Assembly (NCBI RefSeq): GCF_009914755.1
Contig: NC_060925.1
Source: the human T2T-CHM13v2.0 reference genome, Homo sapiens
DNA length: 64,000 bases
Direction: 5' to 3' (one strand)
A program made the translations under genes and the position numbers. Positions 1-14,772 of the stretch are shown one piece after another. Under the pieces are notes generated by a model that saw only the letters and a program-made list of their open reading frames with translations, ran no database searches and had not been told where the DNA came from. Numbering within the stretch: the stretch's first letter is position 1; each line of letters begins with the position of its first letter.

Positions 1-111
1 TCAGAAGTATGTGTTGAAATCAATAGTATTTTAGATTTGATGAAATATGCCTTGCTTGATCTGAACACCAACTTTATTAACAAATTTATTTATTTTTATT
101 TTTTTAACATT

Positions 112-225
112 AACTTTATTTTACAGATTAAGAATCTGTAGATCAGAGAGATTATTTGCCCTGTGTCACAAGTGGTAGAACCAGAATTCAAGCAGAGGTC
201 TGAATTACTCCAAAACCCATTAACA
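112..225 (-). mobile_element. MIR SINE fragment
   Basis: attttacagat...atttgccctgtgtcacaagtggtagaaccagaattcaagc resembles the reverse MIR core. Confidence 0.6.
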
Positions 226-847
226 AATTGTAGACATTACTTTAGATTTGGGATAAATACCTAATGTTTATTATGACAAATTCAGGATCCAAAATAATCT
301 TGACTGGCAACAGCAGCCTGAGACAAACTAAATAAAACTGAAAGTGATCCCCTCTCATATCATGACCTTGTTGGAAGAAGTAAATAGCAATGAGAGAGTC
401 AGGAATTAGACAGAAGTAGAACAGGTACTGGAGTGTGGTAGGGGTTAAAAAGTGAAGAGCAGTGGGTAAAGATGAGAGAAAAAAGTCTAGACTCTAGAAA
501 TAGGCAGTAGAAACTTGCTATGACAGGTGAGGGAAAGTTTAGTATGAGGTAATGGGGTGTTTTGACAGGCAGACAGAGCCCAGGAGGTGCAAAGCTCAGC
601 ACAGGAAGTACAAAAAGATGCAACAGAATGCCTCAGAAATCTCTTTCAACAGCTAGCAGGTCATAGGCAACAAGCCAATGGGAAGGTTTTAGCATTAGCC
701 AATGCTAGCAAATATTTTCACTGTAGAAGCATATAGTTTTGAAAGTCAGTGAAGAACATCATTTTTTCTAAGATGGTTCATAGGTCAAAATCCTAGGCCT
801 GGGAGATGCTAGAAGGTGATAAGAGAACCAGCAGTAACATAATGCCA

Positions 848-877
848 AGATGTTAGATGTTAGATGTTGATGTTAGA
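848..877. repeat. Short tandem repeat (AGATGTT)~4
   Basis: agatgttagatgttagatgttgatgttaga. Confidence 0.85.
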
Positions 878-1526
878 ACTCCTAGTTTGTAGCTATGCTA
901 TACTAGAAAAGGAAGAAGAGTGCTTCAGTAGCTCCTATGACTCCACAAGAGGGTAAACATACAATATTACAGAGGAGGGAGGAGTTGTAAGCTGGCCATG
1001 TTACTGCTGGTCAAGTAACATAATATTCTACCCTCAGCTGTACAAGGGCTTAGATTCCTTTGGGGATGGAAGAGCAATATGATGGCTTCTTTCTGCAGGA
1101 GGCTTCAGAGACAGGAGATTGAGTCAAAGCTGAACATGCCCCCAGGTAAAGCAATGCCCCATCCACATGGAGGCCATGAACCAGAGAGAGGCCAGGGAGA
1201 ACTCTTCTGGACCAATGAGTGAACAGTTACCTAAGTATATCTCTGCCTCCCCTATTCTTTCTGGAGTTAGGCCTTGAAAGGAGAGCTAAAGGGATGATAC
1301 ATCCCCAGACTCTGTCCCCATCTCACAAGGGGCTACACTGGCAGGATGAGTAAAAGAGCAAAGGCCAAATGTTGAGCCAGTGGTGAGGGGAAGCATGACA
1401 TTTGGTATGAGATTGGAGTTTTAAAGTGGCATGGAATGTAGTTCCAAAACTGAAAGTGCTTGCAAAGTCATGGGATTTGCCTGGGATGTTATTGAAATGT
1501 AACAGCAAAGGGAAACTCAAAAACCA

Positions 1527-1820
1527 TGTGAGGTTTGATTTTATGTGTCAATTGACTGGACCACTGGGTGCCCAGATATTTGGTTAAACATTATTTTGGG
1601 TGTGTCGGTGAGGGTATTTCTGATTGAAATACCCTCTATTTTATTTTTTAAAATAAATAACATAATTATGTATATAATATAATATAAATAATTTTTATTT
1701 ATTTTAAAATATCCTATCTATTTCAATTGATAGGTTAAGTAAAGCAGTTTGCCCTCCTCAATGTGCATGGGCCTCATTTCCTGTTGGTTCTGTTTCTCTG
1801 TAGAACTCCTGATGAATACA
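1527..1820 (+). mobile_element. MLT2-type ERVL solo LTR, internally deleted, with an AT-rich palindromic insert
   Basis: Start tgtgaggtttgattttatgtgtcaattgactgg...cccagat and end ttggttctgtttctctgtagaactcctgatgaataca match MLT2 termini (TG...CA). Confidence 0.8.
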
Positions 1821-2689
1821 GTATATTTGAAGAAAGCAATTCAAAAAATAAAAAGTTCTTAATTTATCCCCAACAGAGTTGAGATTTTGCAATAAACTGG
1901 TTACAGTTTTGTTATAAAGAGGTATTAGAGTACTCAGTTGTGAATGTTCAACTACACCTCTGAATTTCCTGCATCACTTTTGTGGACTCATTTTCAGTAG
2001 ACCTAGCCAAACAGTCTTTAAATGAACATATTATATGTTACTTTTGTCAAAAGCACATCATATTATTAGACAAAGCAATGCAATTTGGCCATGAGACTGC
2101 TCTCTTAAGACACCTCTGAAAGTGTCTCAAAGCATAGTCAGCTATTAGCTAGGAACAGAATTTCACATATTTACTTCCAAACTAGCCAGTGCATGGTGTG
2201 CAAGAGAATAATGGAAAAGAGATGCAGAAACAACTCGTTTCAGGCACAGGGAAGGGGAGGCTGGTTGGAAAAGAAAGCAGTCTTAATAGCACAGTCATTA
2301 ATTTGCCAAATTCTTTTCTGGACTTGACTGTGACTCTCTGGGTAGTGTGTTATCAATTTCAGCCTCATTACCTATGCACAGCAAGGGAAACTGAGGACAA
2401 ATCATGTCCCTAGACTTCAGCCTGTTATAAATTCCCTTGCATTTGAGATCAAATAAAGCCTCGAACTTAAATTACTCTCTTCTTACATCATCATGTCTGC
2501 TTCATTTGCTCCAAGTTTATTCTCCCAGCATAAAAAATAAGGAAAGTCATTAAGTACAAGAAGGGAAATGGAGTGGTTTGTAGTGGTGTCAGCTTCCCCT
2601 CTCCAGATCCTCTCCCAAGTGTGTCATTAGCCTCAGATGAAGGCCATCTGAGGCTATTATACTTAGTCATTGTGTGTTTACCCCAGCAT

Positions 2690-3105
2690 TGTAGCTGTCA
2701 TTGGCTAGGCAAGAAAAAAAAGTACATCTGGCTGGGATTGTAAATGACACTTGATAAAGGTATTCACAGAAGTGTAGGCAAGGATATTGAGATGCGCAAT
2801 GACTAGCAACAGTGGGAAGTGGTCACTACTGCTAGGCCTGAAGAAGCAGGAGGAAGAAATGATTAATGTGGCATAAAATGCAGCAGCCACAAGAGCTGCA
2901 GTGTCAAGCAGGAAGGAGCAAGAAGAGAGGTGCACTGCCATCTTTCTCCTTCTGCCTGTCTGTCTCTTTTTGATGTCTCCTGTTGGCTGAACTCGACCAA
3001 AAGTCAAAGGGCAAAGGAACCCATGGTCAGTCCCTTAGGTCACAAAGATGGAAAATGGATTGGAGGGTGGGGATAGGGAGAGGCAAATGGAGAATAATTA
3101 GCTCA
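2690..3105 (-). mobile_element. LTR33-like ERVL LTR
   Basis: ttggctgaactcgaccaaaagtcaaagggcaaaggaaccc...gaggcaaatggagaataattagctca resembles the LTR33 terminus. Confidence 0.55.
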
Positions 3106-3309
3106 GTTGTTTTGCATATTTGTATGATTTGTTTAATTATTTTTATTAGTTTTGTATTTAGTAAAAGAAAATTTATTTATCCATCAAGGCCTAGGTTCTG
3201 TTGCGCAATTATTATTTATTATCTACTGACATTCCTGGTACTGCAACTGTATCTGGGATCTTTCAAACAATATTTCAATATATTATGCTTTAAGTTTAGG
3301 GAGAAGAGA

Positions 3310-3660
3310 CATGCACATACAAAAAGTGGGGCTGGAAAAGTAGCTTGAGACGAGATCATTGAGAACTTTTACTGGCTGGTGAGAATTTTGATAGGCAGTA
3401 AGAAGACATTGAAGGATGTTGAGGAAGGGAGTGTTTTACTTAGAAATGTGTTATAGAAAGATTAAGCTGACAACATTATAGCAGATGATTTGATGGAGGA
3501 GAAATTGAAGGCAGGGAAAACTGGGGAATCAGCATTAGCCTGGTAATTGATTATCCTTCCAACACCTCTGTAAAGCTGTTGGGTGCAAATTGTTAGTGGT
3601 TTACTATCTAGTGCATGGGAACTGCAGGAAGATTCAATGCACTCCAAAATAGTAGCTTCT
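3310..3660 (-). mobile_element. L2 LINE fragment
   Basis: Purine-rich degenerate L2-like text (gagatcattgagaacttt...gacattgaaggatgttgag...aaagattaagctg). Confidence 0.5.
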
Positions 3661-6454
3661 AACTACCAAATTAAGGACAAGGAGGAAGCTAGGTTACTCC
3701 TAAGTGATGTCGGCCGATATCTCAAATGCAGTGACAGAGAGGGCCTCATGTCATGAAGTCCAAGGACAGTGTCATTAGGGCAGGAATTTACTGGCCTCCA
3801 TGAGTGGGAAATGAAAGTGGTCCCAGGTGTTCACTGTGAAACAAACCCCAAAGTTACACAATCTCTTTCTAAACTGTTTGGAAAGTACAAAGAAGGGAGG
3901 TAGGGAGATGACTCCAGCCATGCTTTGGGCTCAGTGATTACTGCTGTTTCTGCTGACAGCTCGTCTCTCATGGAGATGAGCCATATCCTTAATGATCTCA
4001 TTTCATTCTGTTTTCCAAAAAGTTATACTCCTCCTAGATAATCAATCCTTTTCAATATCAGTGCTCACCAGCCACCCCCAGCCCAGAAGATGTTAATCTT
4101 TCCATGACCCCTCTGGGACCTCTTTCCCACCCTTCAGAAATGCTATGATCTTGGAAGAAATCTGCTGTTAGATCCTTGTACATATGCTATTCTACCACTA
4201 GACTACAGTTCCTGAGAGCAGAGATGATATTTATTCATTTTAGCACTCTTAACACTTATTACAAGGCCTAGCATTCGATAGAGTTAAATACATTTTGGTT
4301 GGATGGTTGCATCCAGCTACAGATGGATAGCTGTAGCTATCTTTAAAAAAGCTGTTTTATTGGGTTTTAATTGTGGGATTTAATTATGTTTTGTTTATAG
4401 AAAAAAATCATGTTCTCATCGCATTTACTAATCTGCATTATTTCTGCCAACAGTATTTGATAGCATCAGTGTTCCTGTCTTCTCAGTTTGAATAAATAAA
4501 GTCAAGTTACCACTCACTTAGGGTATATAAATATGTAGGGGTCCCATTCTCACATGGTTCTACTATAATGGAGAGCTTAGCCATGTATGGCTTCTCAAAT
4601 ACAGGCTCAATAAAGATAAGTAACTCAAAATTTTTCTAATATGATTTCTCCTGGAACATGGTGCAGTGGCGAGGGCAACATGATGGCAGGGGTTAGTGGC
4701 AGTATAGGTAGACATGTAATGCATGATAATGTGAAGGTGGCATGTTTCTCATTCAGCTCTGTTGGCTGCTACTAAGAATTCATTGCTTTTACTTTGTGCC
4801 ATAGAAGTTTCACAGAGGTTGAAACTTATTAGTAAATCATCACAGAGAGCAACTTTATAGTTGATACAAATCACCTTGCACATTACAGCATTTTCTTACA
4901 TTGTGGTTTCAGTTGTGAAGATGTGCTATCTGTTTCCATTCTGCCTGTGGTGTTAGAGAACAAGTCATGGGAAAAGTTGAAATCCAAAGAAATGTGCAAA
5001 GCACAACATTATCCCTTCCTGTTGTTCCTGGTCTCTACCTTTGGATTCTGCACCATGTTTTTATGCTGAAAGGTGTTTTAATGATGGCTGGGTTGGGCAA
5101 TGACATGTGAAGAGGTGTCACTTCACCTGGCCAACACAGAGTTCAAATTATCCAAATAAAACTACTAATTGGGATCTTCAGATCAAACACTGTCAAGAAG
5201 ACTATTATTGAGGAAGGATTCTGCATGACCTTTCAGAGAAACAAGATCAAAGAGTAGGGATGAAGATGAGCCACATTGTTAACAATAAAATTAGAGAGCA
5301 GGAACTCAGCAGGACTTGTAGTTACCACATCTGTAAGGGAGTTAGAAATGAAGCAGCAGAGACAACATACTGTGTACAATTCTGGAAACATTTATCATTT
5401 CTCCAGTTTATTATTTTTATGATTTCTTGACAGTTTTTCTATAGTGATTAGTATGACAATGTATAAAACTAGAAGGGCCTGCCAATTTACCCTCCAAGGC
5501 AACAAGGAATTAAGGGCAAGAGGAAAATTTCCAAGAGCTGGAAAAAGCTACTTAATTACAGGACAAACTAAGTAAAAGAAAGAAGAGGGAAGTATCTGGA
5601 GGCTTGGAGGTGATCTGGGGCTGAGCAGCCAAAAAGTTCACAAGATTGGATGTTTCACTTGCTATTGGGAAGAAGAGAGGAGTAGCTGATAAGAAGAATG
5701 CTCTTTGATCCCCTCTACTTCAAAGCATTATGGATCTAGATTAATATTCAGTACTTCTTTACTCAGGTACTTTTCTTTAAGCTTCACCTCCCTTCCATTA
5801 GAGCGAGAAAACATTTTGTAGTTTCTAAATTGTCTCTTCATAAGTTCCAAGGGATAAAGTGGGAGACATTCAGGAGCCTGGTACATTAGCATCCTCTTAA
5901 TGCAGTATGAAGTTGAGGGGCTTTTAATGTGGATATCAAAACTGATTATTGAAATTGCAAAGAAGCCTTGTATGCTGCTTGCAAGCTGAGATGGATGATG
6001 ACAGTGGAGCCTTTTGCATTATAAATTAGAATGGCTCCTCCCTTTTTAAGTCATTGCTCTTTTAGGTTGCTAATTTATCTTTTTATCTGTGATTTATCCT
6101 TCCTTGCTCACATTCTTAAACGTTTTTCCCTCTGCTGCTATGTTTTAATAGCATAGACTTGGATTTACTGTGACTGATTTGGCAAATTTCAAGCTTTAGA
6201 AAGGTGCCTTAAAACTGTTGCTGAGAGCTTTCTGGAGATGGGTAATAACATTGATTGGAATTGATAGTCTCTTGAACAAGAGAAGTTGAAAATGTTGCCA
6301 GGGCTCCAAGGAATGACATAAAGTTGATATCTTCATTTATTTGTCCAATCAAGACTTGGCTATTTCTGTCTAAAGTAGTAAACAGACATATTATTTTTAC
6401 TGCTATTAAAAGTAGCAGTAGCAATAACAATATTTATATAACATATATTAATAT

Positions 6455-6925
6455 TTCAGTTAGGATTTTTTATTTCATACCACATAAATTATCTTTGATA
6501 AACTTAAACAAAGGAGAATTTATTGAAAAGATTTTGGGAGCACCTACAATCATTGCAAACCTGGAGAGCCAGCCCTAGAAATAGGCAAGAACCAAGGCAG
6601 CCCTAGAGAGAAAAAGCAGGACCCTTCAGAGAGGCTTCCTAACCAAAACCATTGGAAAGTGGCCACCCTCCTAGGATAAAGAGAAATTCCAGCCATTTCT
6701 AGCCTCTTTGCCCTTTAGTTGGGATTTAAATTCCACAGATAGGGCATCTTGTTTGACCTACCTCGGATCACATGCAAGCCCCTTGTTTAGGTTGTGTAGA
6801 CCCCCTGATTATTTATTATGTCAGCAGACTTTATGTAATAGGAAAGACAATTGCTCAAGGGCATAGAGAGATATTGTTAAAAATGGGAATTGAATGCCCA
6901 GCAACCAAAAAAATAAATCCATGGT
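6455..6925. mobile_element. MLT1-type (ERVL-MaLR) LTR
   Basis: ttcagttagga...aacttaaacaaaggagaatttattgaaaag...gcatcttgtttgacctacctcggatcacatgc typical of old MLT1. Confidence 0.6.
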
Positions 6926-7382
6926 ACTTTACTTTTTATAAAAAATGTAAAACATATTCAACTTAACCTTTGCAGCAACACTCTGAAATATACAGGCAGT
7001 ATTAAAACTGTGTTATAGATTAGGTAATTTAGGATTAAACATATCAGGTAAATTCTCCCAAATCACATAGTAATTCAGTGACAGAATAATATTCAAAACC
7101 AAGTGTCCTCATTATATATTTTATGTTTTTCTTTGCTTTCTTTCCTATTCTTTGGGGCTTTGATACACAAACAGATAAGATCATTGAGGAACTTCAGTTC
7201 CAAAATATTTTCTCCTTTTATCCCTCTGGCCCTCCCACCCTCTGTCATCACTCCTTGTATCTTTCTTTGTTCCCTTTGGCTAATATTATTGAAAGCTTAT
7301 TGAATCCTCTTCCCTTAATTAATTTGAAAAGATGAACTTCAGGTACTGAGTGTATTGACTTTTTTTTTTTTATCTCCATGTC

Positions 7383-7800
7383 TGTATTAATTAGGATGAG
7401 TTTTGGCTGAATATGCTGGAAATCCTAAAATAACAGTTGTTTAAACAGAAAAAGGTCTATTATCCCACATAAAAGCCAAGGAAAGCCAGGTCTGGTGTGG
7501 CTGGGTCATCAGTAACCCAGCCTCCTCTGTCTTTTTGTTCTACCATATTAGCTCTGGCTTCCAATTTCCAAGTCTTTTTAGAAGTTATCATGACGGCTGG
7601 AGGGCCAGCCATCTGGCCAGATGTTACAGATTGGAGTAAGGAGTAAAAGCAGAAAGGCAAATGAGGGTTTTCTCTCGCTGTACGTGGTCTTCCTAAAACA
7701 TCTTAGAGTTTCTTCCCAACAACTTCTGCTTATATTTCATTGGCCAGGACTTAATCACATGGCTACACTAGTTCAAGGGTAAATGTAATATCTCTTTCTG
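7383..7800. mobile_element. MLT1-type (ERVL-MaLR) LTR
   Basis: tgtattaattaggatgagttttggctg...taacagttgtttaaac...ttcattggccaggacttaatcacatggctacacta. Confidence 0.65.
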
Positions 7801-8049
7801 AACTAAGGTTTCTTGCCTTTAATGACAATATTTAATTCTTGGTATTGTTGTGAGGATTAAATGAGGTAATGTGTGTGCATTTTCTAACAAAAGGGTTTGG
7901 TAAATAATAAGCACCTAGTAAAAGTTGATTCCTTTCTACTATCTTCCTGAGGCCTAGCGTTCAGAGCACCCATGCAGCCTCCAGTTGTTCATTTCCCATT
8001 GCTTTTTGTAGAATCTTATGGTCTAAAGGAGAAGATAAAAGTTTTAAAC

Positions 8050-8275
8050 TCAGTTAGGACTTCATCCAAATGTTAACAATTATGCTGACTAGCTGTATCA
8101 TCTTGAGCAAATTATTCAACCTCTCTGATCATTCGTTTCCTCATTGTTCAATGTGAATAATATTATAAAACCTATCTTGTGAATTGTTGTAAGAATGATA
8201 TGATATATGTAAAAATATGCTCCCAGTTTAGTTCCTGACATAAGAATAGACGCTCAAGAAATGTGAGTTGTTCCT
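8050..8275 (+). mobile_element. MIR SINE
   Basis: actagctgtatcatcttgagcaaattattcaacctctctg...gtttcctcat...gttgtaagaat. Confidence 0.65.
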
Positions 8276-8509
8276 CTAGCCCTCTCTCCATCACAAAGAT
8301 TTGCAGTCACTTATTAGTAAAAGCCTTTCTCCTTGGGAAAAGAAAAATTGGCATCTTAATGGCTTTTCATTATTTTTTATAAAGAAGAATAAAGTAAATG
8401 AATAATAAAAGATAATTTAAATAGTTTTGTTTTTCTGCTTGTGAACTCAGAATACTTCAAATATGATAGTTCCTCATTATTATTTTTTAACGAAACGTTA
8501 ACTCTAGTG

Positions 8510-8780
8510 TATATCCATTGAGTGTTCACACAATGTGTGCCAGGTGTGTTCCAGATCATAGAAATTCAGCAATAAGCAAAAACCGACAAGGTTTCTTTCT
8601 TTCCTGAAACACATTTTAGAGGCACAAATAAATGAATACATAAATAATATAGTTTCAGGTAGTGATGCATGTGGTGAAGAAAAATGCACAGGAAAACGAG
8701 ATAGAGAAGGATGGCTAGTGTCATGTCAGATAAGATTCTCAGACAGAACACCCTCAAGGAGGTGATGTCTGAACTCCCTG
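8510..8780 (-). mobile_element. L2 3' fragment
   Basis: ttgagtgttcacacaatgtgtgccaggtgtgttccag...aggtagtgatgcatgtggtgaagaaaa...ggaggtgatgtctgaac. Confidence 0.6.
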
Positions 8781-9049
8781 CCCACCACAACAAACAGCCT
8801 ACAGGACCTTAAGGAAAAGGCTGTATTTAGGTTGATTACTCAGTTTCCCTGAGAGGCCATCAGAACTAGCTCCAACTTGCTTCATATTCAGTTTTCCCTC
8901 AGTTATCCTCAGTAGTCCAAGCCTCCCATAATCATTTTAGTATTTTGCTCCATAAGGCTTGACACATTTCCTAAGATAAATGAATCTTCCCTAACCTTTC
9001 CACAGTGCTGCTGAAATTCTGAATCTGGAAATCATGGAGATTTCCTCCA

Positions 9050-10860
<1,811 letters not shown>

Positions 10861-11679
10861 CTAAGAATTCCTGCGTTTTTGAAGTGAACTCAGATATTTT
10901 TCCACATATTTTATAATGGGAGTCTTTGAGAGATATGAGCTCCTTGACCTTCATTAAGTAGATTTGAATGGAATTCAATGAAGGTCTGTTTCTCCCTAGG
11001 CACAGGTATACCAGCTCCCATGGCATTTCTCCTGATGGGCTCTAGAGCAAGACGTCTTATGCACAGTTCCAGCCAGAATTCAACTAGATTTGGGCTCTAG
11101 AAATTCTAAACTGAATACCTGGGCCCAGTAACCAGGGCAGGGATATTTGATGTTTAATCCAGCTGTGAAATCTTTTTAAAATCACCCTGTGTTTAACTTT
11201 GTAAATTATACTGTTCTTTGAGTCTCCTGTTTTATTTTGTTTTCCTGGTTATTGGCATTTCCAATTTCTTATTTTTGTTTATTTGCTTAATGGATTAGTA
11301 ACTCATCAATAAATTCCCCCTTGGGAGAAGTAACACATTCATTGTATGTGTCATGTTTGTCTTAAAGAAAGCCTAGCTCATTGGATTATTTCTTCTGTTG
11401 GTGCAAACACTACAGACCTAGGGCAAACACTTGCTTATGTGCATACTGAAATTCATTGTCATTCTGCTTCTGTATCTTCAGGTCCTAAGCCTTGTGGAAT
11501 TGGTGTGAGGGTCAGGAAGTGAAGTTGTGCAGTGCAGGAATTAGAAATTCCAACAGACCTTTTGATTTGTCTAGCAAAATGCTTTTAATTTTTTTAACTT
11601 AATTTTTTAAAGCTGAGCATGCATTCAGTTCACCAAGACCCCAACAATCACTTTTTATTATCTTTCTATCTCTTGTCTG

Positions 11680-12690
11680 ACCAGTTTTATTTAAAATATC
11701 TTTGTTGAGGGTCTTCTACAGGTCAGGCACTGTACTAGGCTCTAGAGATATTGCAGGAACAAGATAGCAAGGTCCCAAATCTCATGAAGCCTGCATTTAA
11801 TGGAGAGATACTGATTAAAAATGAAGCAACAAATAAACAAACAAGAACATTCCAAATAATGAGAAATGCAATTAAGTTAATAGAATAAGATGATGTGGTG
11901 TGAAAAGTGTGCAGAAGGAGGTGTAACTATAGATTGACTAGACCAGAAAACCCTCCTGAGGAGCTGGCATTTGCTCTGAGGAATCAATAATATGAAGGAG
12001 CCACTTTGTGAAGAATCAGGGAGAGGATGCTAAGCAGAGCCAACAGCAAGGTCAAAGAGCCTGTGGCAAGGAAAGTTTGGTTTGTTGCAAGAAAAGAACA
12101 GTCAGTGCAAAATAGAAGCAAGAAGGAAAATTGTATAAAATGAGATCGGAAAGCAGAGAGCAGATTGTGGAAATTCTTATAGGCTATCGTAAGGATTTTG
12201 GATTTTATTTTAAATGTGATGGACAGCTATGGAAGATTTTAAAGCATGATCTAGTTTATAGTTTTTAAAGTTTACTCTGATTACTGTGGGTAAAATAGTT
12301 TATAGAATCAAAGAATGGAAACAAGAAGATCAATGACTGTTGAAAAAAATCCTCATAACAGATAATGATAGCTTGAGTGAGGTTTGGAACTATTAAAGTG
12401 AACAGAATTACAAGGATAGGACAGACATTGGAAATAGAGCCAACAGGACTTGCTGATGTATTAAATGCATCTCGTGAAGGAAAGAGAGGAATCAAGGACA
12501 ATTCCAGATTTTGGGCTTGAGCAACAGGCTAGACAAGAGTGTCATTGATTGAGAAGGGAAGGACTGAATGAGCAACAGACTTAGTTGGGAAAAGAAATAA
12601 TTCTGTTTCGGCCATGTGGCGTCTAAGATGCATACGAGACATCCATGTGTAAAGTTGTGTAGGCACTGGATATATGAGTCACTGCATCCA
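11680..12690 (-). mobile_element. L2 LINE 3' portion
   Basis: tttgttgagggtcttctacaggtcaggcactgtactaggctctagagat... through ...gagacatccatgtgtaaagttgtgtaggcactggatatatgagtc. Confidence 0.8.
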
Positions 12691-12744
12691 TTTACATTAC
12701 CCCTAAGGGCTTCTAAGTTTGTGTCTTTGGTACAGACCATAGGT

Positions 12745-12985
12745 TAAGAACACTGGTTCAGGAGTAAAAAGATCTTTGCTTGAATCCAGTTTTTGATGCT
12801 TAACAGCTCTGTGACCTTGAGCAAAATTCTTAAGTTATCTAGACCTCAGGATCCCTATCTATATAATCAGGTTAAAATATTATGTACCTCATAAATTGAT
12901 TGTGAAGATTAAATAATGATATATGCAAAGTGCTAAACAAAGTGTCCAGAAAAATATAAATATACAATATATATTAGGGATTATT
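12745..12985 (+). mobile_element. MIR SINE
   Basis: ggttaagaacactgg...tgtgaccttgagcaaaattcttaag...gtgaagattaaataatgatatatgcaaagtgct. Confidence 0.75.
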
Positions 12986-13219
12986 TATTGAACATCTACT
13001 CTGAGATATGCCTTTTGTATATATTACTTCACCTAGCCCTCCCACATTCCTAACATCAGCTCTCCCAGCTAAATATCACTCTACAGGAGACTGAGAACAG
13101 ATTGATACAAACACAGATTTATTTTTTCACTTTTCAAAGAAAATGTACATACCTGCATGGACTACCCCTGACTTACCAACATAGGTAGCATTTCTAAGAA
13201 GCTGAAATGGTTAGCTCTA

Positions 13220-13700
13220 CACTGAAATCCACATTTTTATGGATATGCCTATTTCATATCTCTTCTTTGATGTCTGTCATTTCAAACTTGACATGATCTG
13301 ATCTCTACCCCAAACCCAAATCTTCTGCTGACTTCCTCATCTTAGTTGAGGACATCTCGGGCCTTTTGATTGCCCAGGTATAACACCCTGTAATCATCAT
13401 CAGTCCTTGTCTTTCTCACACATGCTTTATGAAAGCTTTGTATGAAATGGCTTCATGGTACCCCACTCTCATTTCCTGCTACTCACCCCCTCACTCACTT
13501 TGCTCCAGCCACACTGGCCTACTTGCTGTTATTCAAATACACTAGGCATGCTCTTGCTTTTGCACTTGCTGTTTCCTTAGCCTGACACCCAAATATCCTA
13601 GACATTCCCCCAGACATCTGTCTTGTTAACCTGACCACCTGTTCAAAATTAAATCTCTCCTGGCACTATTTCCCTTCCCTTCCTTTACCCCGGCTCATTC
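13220..13700 (+). mobile_element. L2 fragment
   Basis: ttcctcatcttagttga...tcactttgctccagccacactggcctacttgctgtt...tttgcacttgctgtttcct. Confidence 0.65.
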
Positions 13701-13841
13701 GGAGAGACACTATACTCTCTGAAGCCAGTTTCTCTGGAGTCAATTCTTCTATCAGTAAAGATCCATTGGTCCTCTGCCTGCTGACTCAGCCCCATGACAT
13801 GCATTAGGGTTGTCTCTAGCTGCAATATAAGAAATCATGCA

Positions 13842-14107
13842 ACTTTGGGAGGCCAAGGCGGGCGGATCACGAGGTCAGGAGATCAAGACCATCCTGGCTA
13901 ACACAGTGAAACCCCATCTCTACTAAAAATACAAAAAATTAGCCAGACATGGTGGTGGGCGCCTGTAGTCCCAGCTATTCAGGAGGCTGAGGCAGGAGAA
14001 TGGCATGAACCCGGGAGGCGGAGCTTGCAGTGAGCTGAGCTGAGATCGCGCCACTGCACTCCAGCCTGGGCGACAGAGCAAGACTCCGTTAAAAAAAAAA
14101 AAAAAAA
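13842..14107 (+). mobile_element. AluY, 5'-truncated by ~30 nt
   Basis: AluY diagnostics gatcacgaggtcaggagatc, accatcctggctaacac, gaatggcatgaacccggg, gcggagcttgcag; internal gagct duplication; poly(A) tail. Confidence 0.95.
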
Positions 14108-14370
14108 CATGCTATAGTGACTAAACAGGGCTTTATTTGTCTCATGCAACAAGAAGTTCAAGGGTAGATAGTCTAAGGCCTGACACGACTCAGTGTGTCA
14201 CCAAAGATTCGGAATCCTCTTATCTTCTTTTTCTACCATCCTTGTGCTTATCCTCAAAGCCATACTATTGCTACTGATTTTTTATGAGTTCCCTATTTCA
14301 GGCAGAAAAAACGAGGAAAGGGTAAAAAGCAAAAGATAAAGAGTTCTCCTATGTTGTAAAGTCTGTCTTC

Positions 14371-14453
14371 TATAGTCTGCACTGCCTGAAATTGCTTATT
14401 TTTCAGCTATTTTTAACCTATAAAATGGCAATTTCATATGGTCTGACCTAATA
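14371..14453. mobile_element. MADE2-like miniature mariner (TcMar) element
   Basis: tgaaattgc...tttttaacctataaaatggcaatttcatatggtctgacctaata matches the ~80-bp MADE2 palindromic layout ending in TA. Confidence 0.75.
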
Positions 14454-14481
14454 TTGGGGAAGGAACATCTTCCCCAGAGGC

Positions 14482-14772
14482 TTTTTTTTGAGATGGAGTC
14501 TTGCTCTGTCGCCCAGGCTGGAGTGCAGTGGCTCGATATTGGCTCACTGCTAGCTCTGCCTCCTGGGTTCACGCCATTCTCCTGCCTCAGGCTCCTGAGT
14601 AGCTAGGATTACAGGCGCCCACCACCATGCCCGGCTAATTTTTTTTGTATTTTTAGCAGAGATGGGGTTTCACCGTGTTAGCCAGGATGGTCTTGATCTC
14701 CTGACCTCGTGATCCGCCCGCCTCGGCCTCCCAAAGTGCTGGGATTACAGGCGTGAGCCACCATGCCCGGCC
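14482..14772 (-). mobile_element. AluY, full length
   Basis: ttcacgccattctcc, caccgtgttagccaggatggtcttgatctcctgacctcgtgatcc; 12-bp TSD ccccagaggctt at 14472-14483 and 14773-14784. Confidence 0.97.

Noticed and set aside
4315-4341. Small overlapping hairpins (agctacag/ctgtagct; gatagc/gctatc)
   Set aside because: Arms of 6-8 bp are expected by chance in 64 kb.
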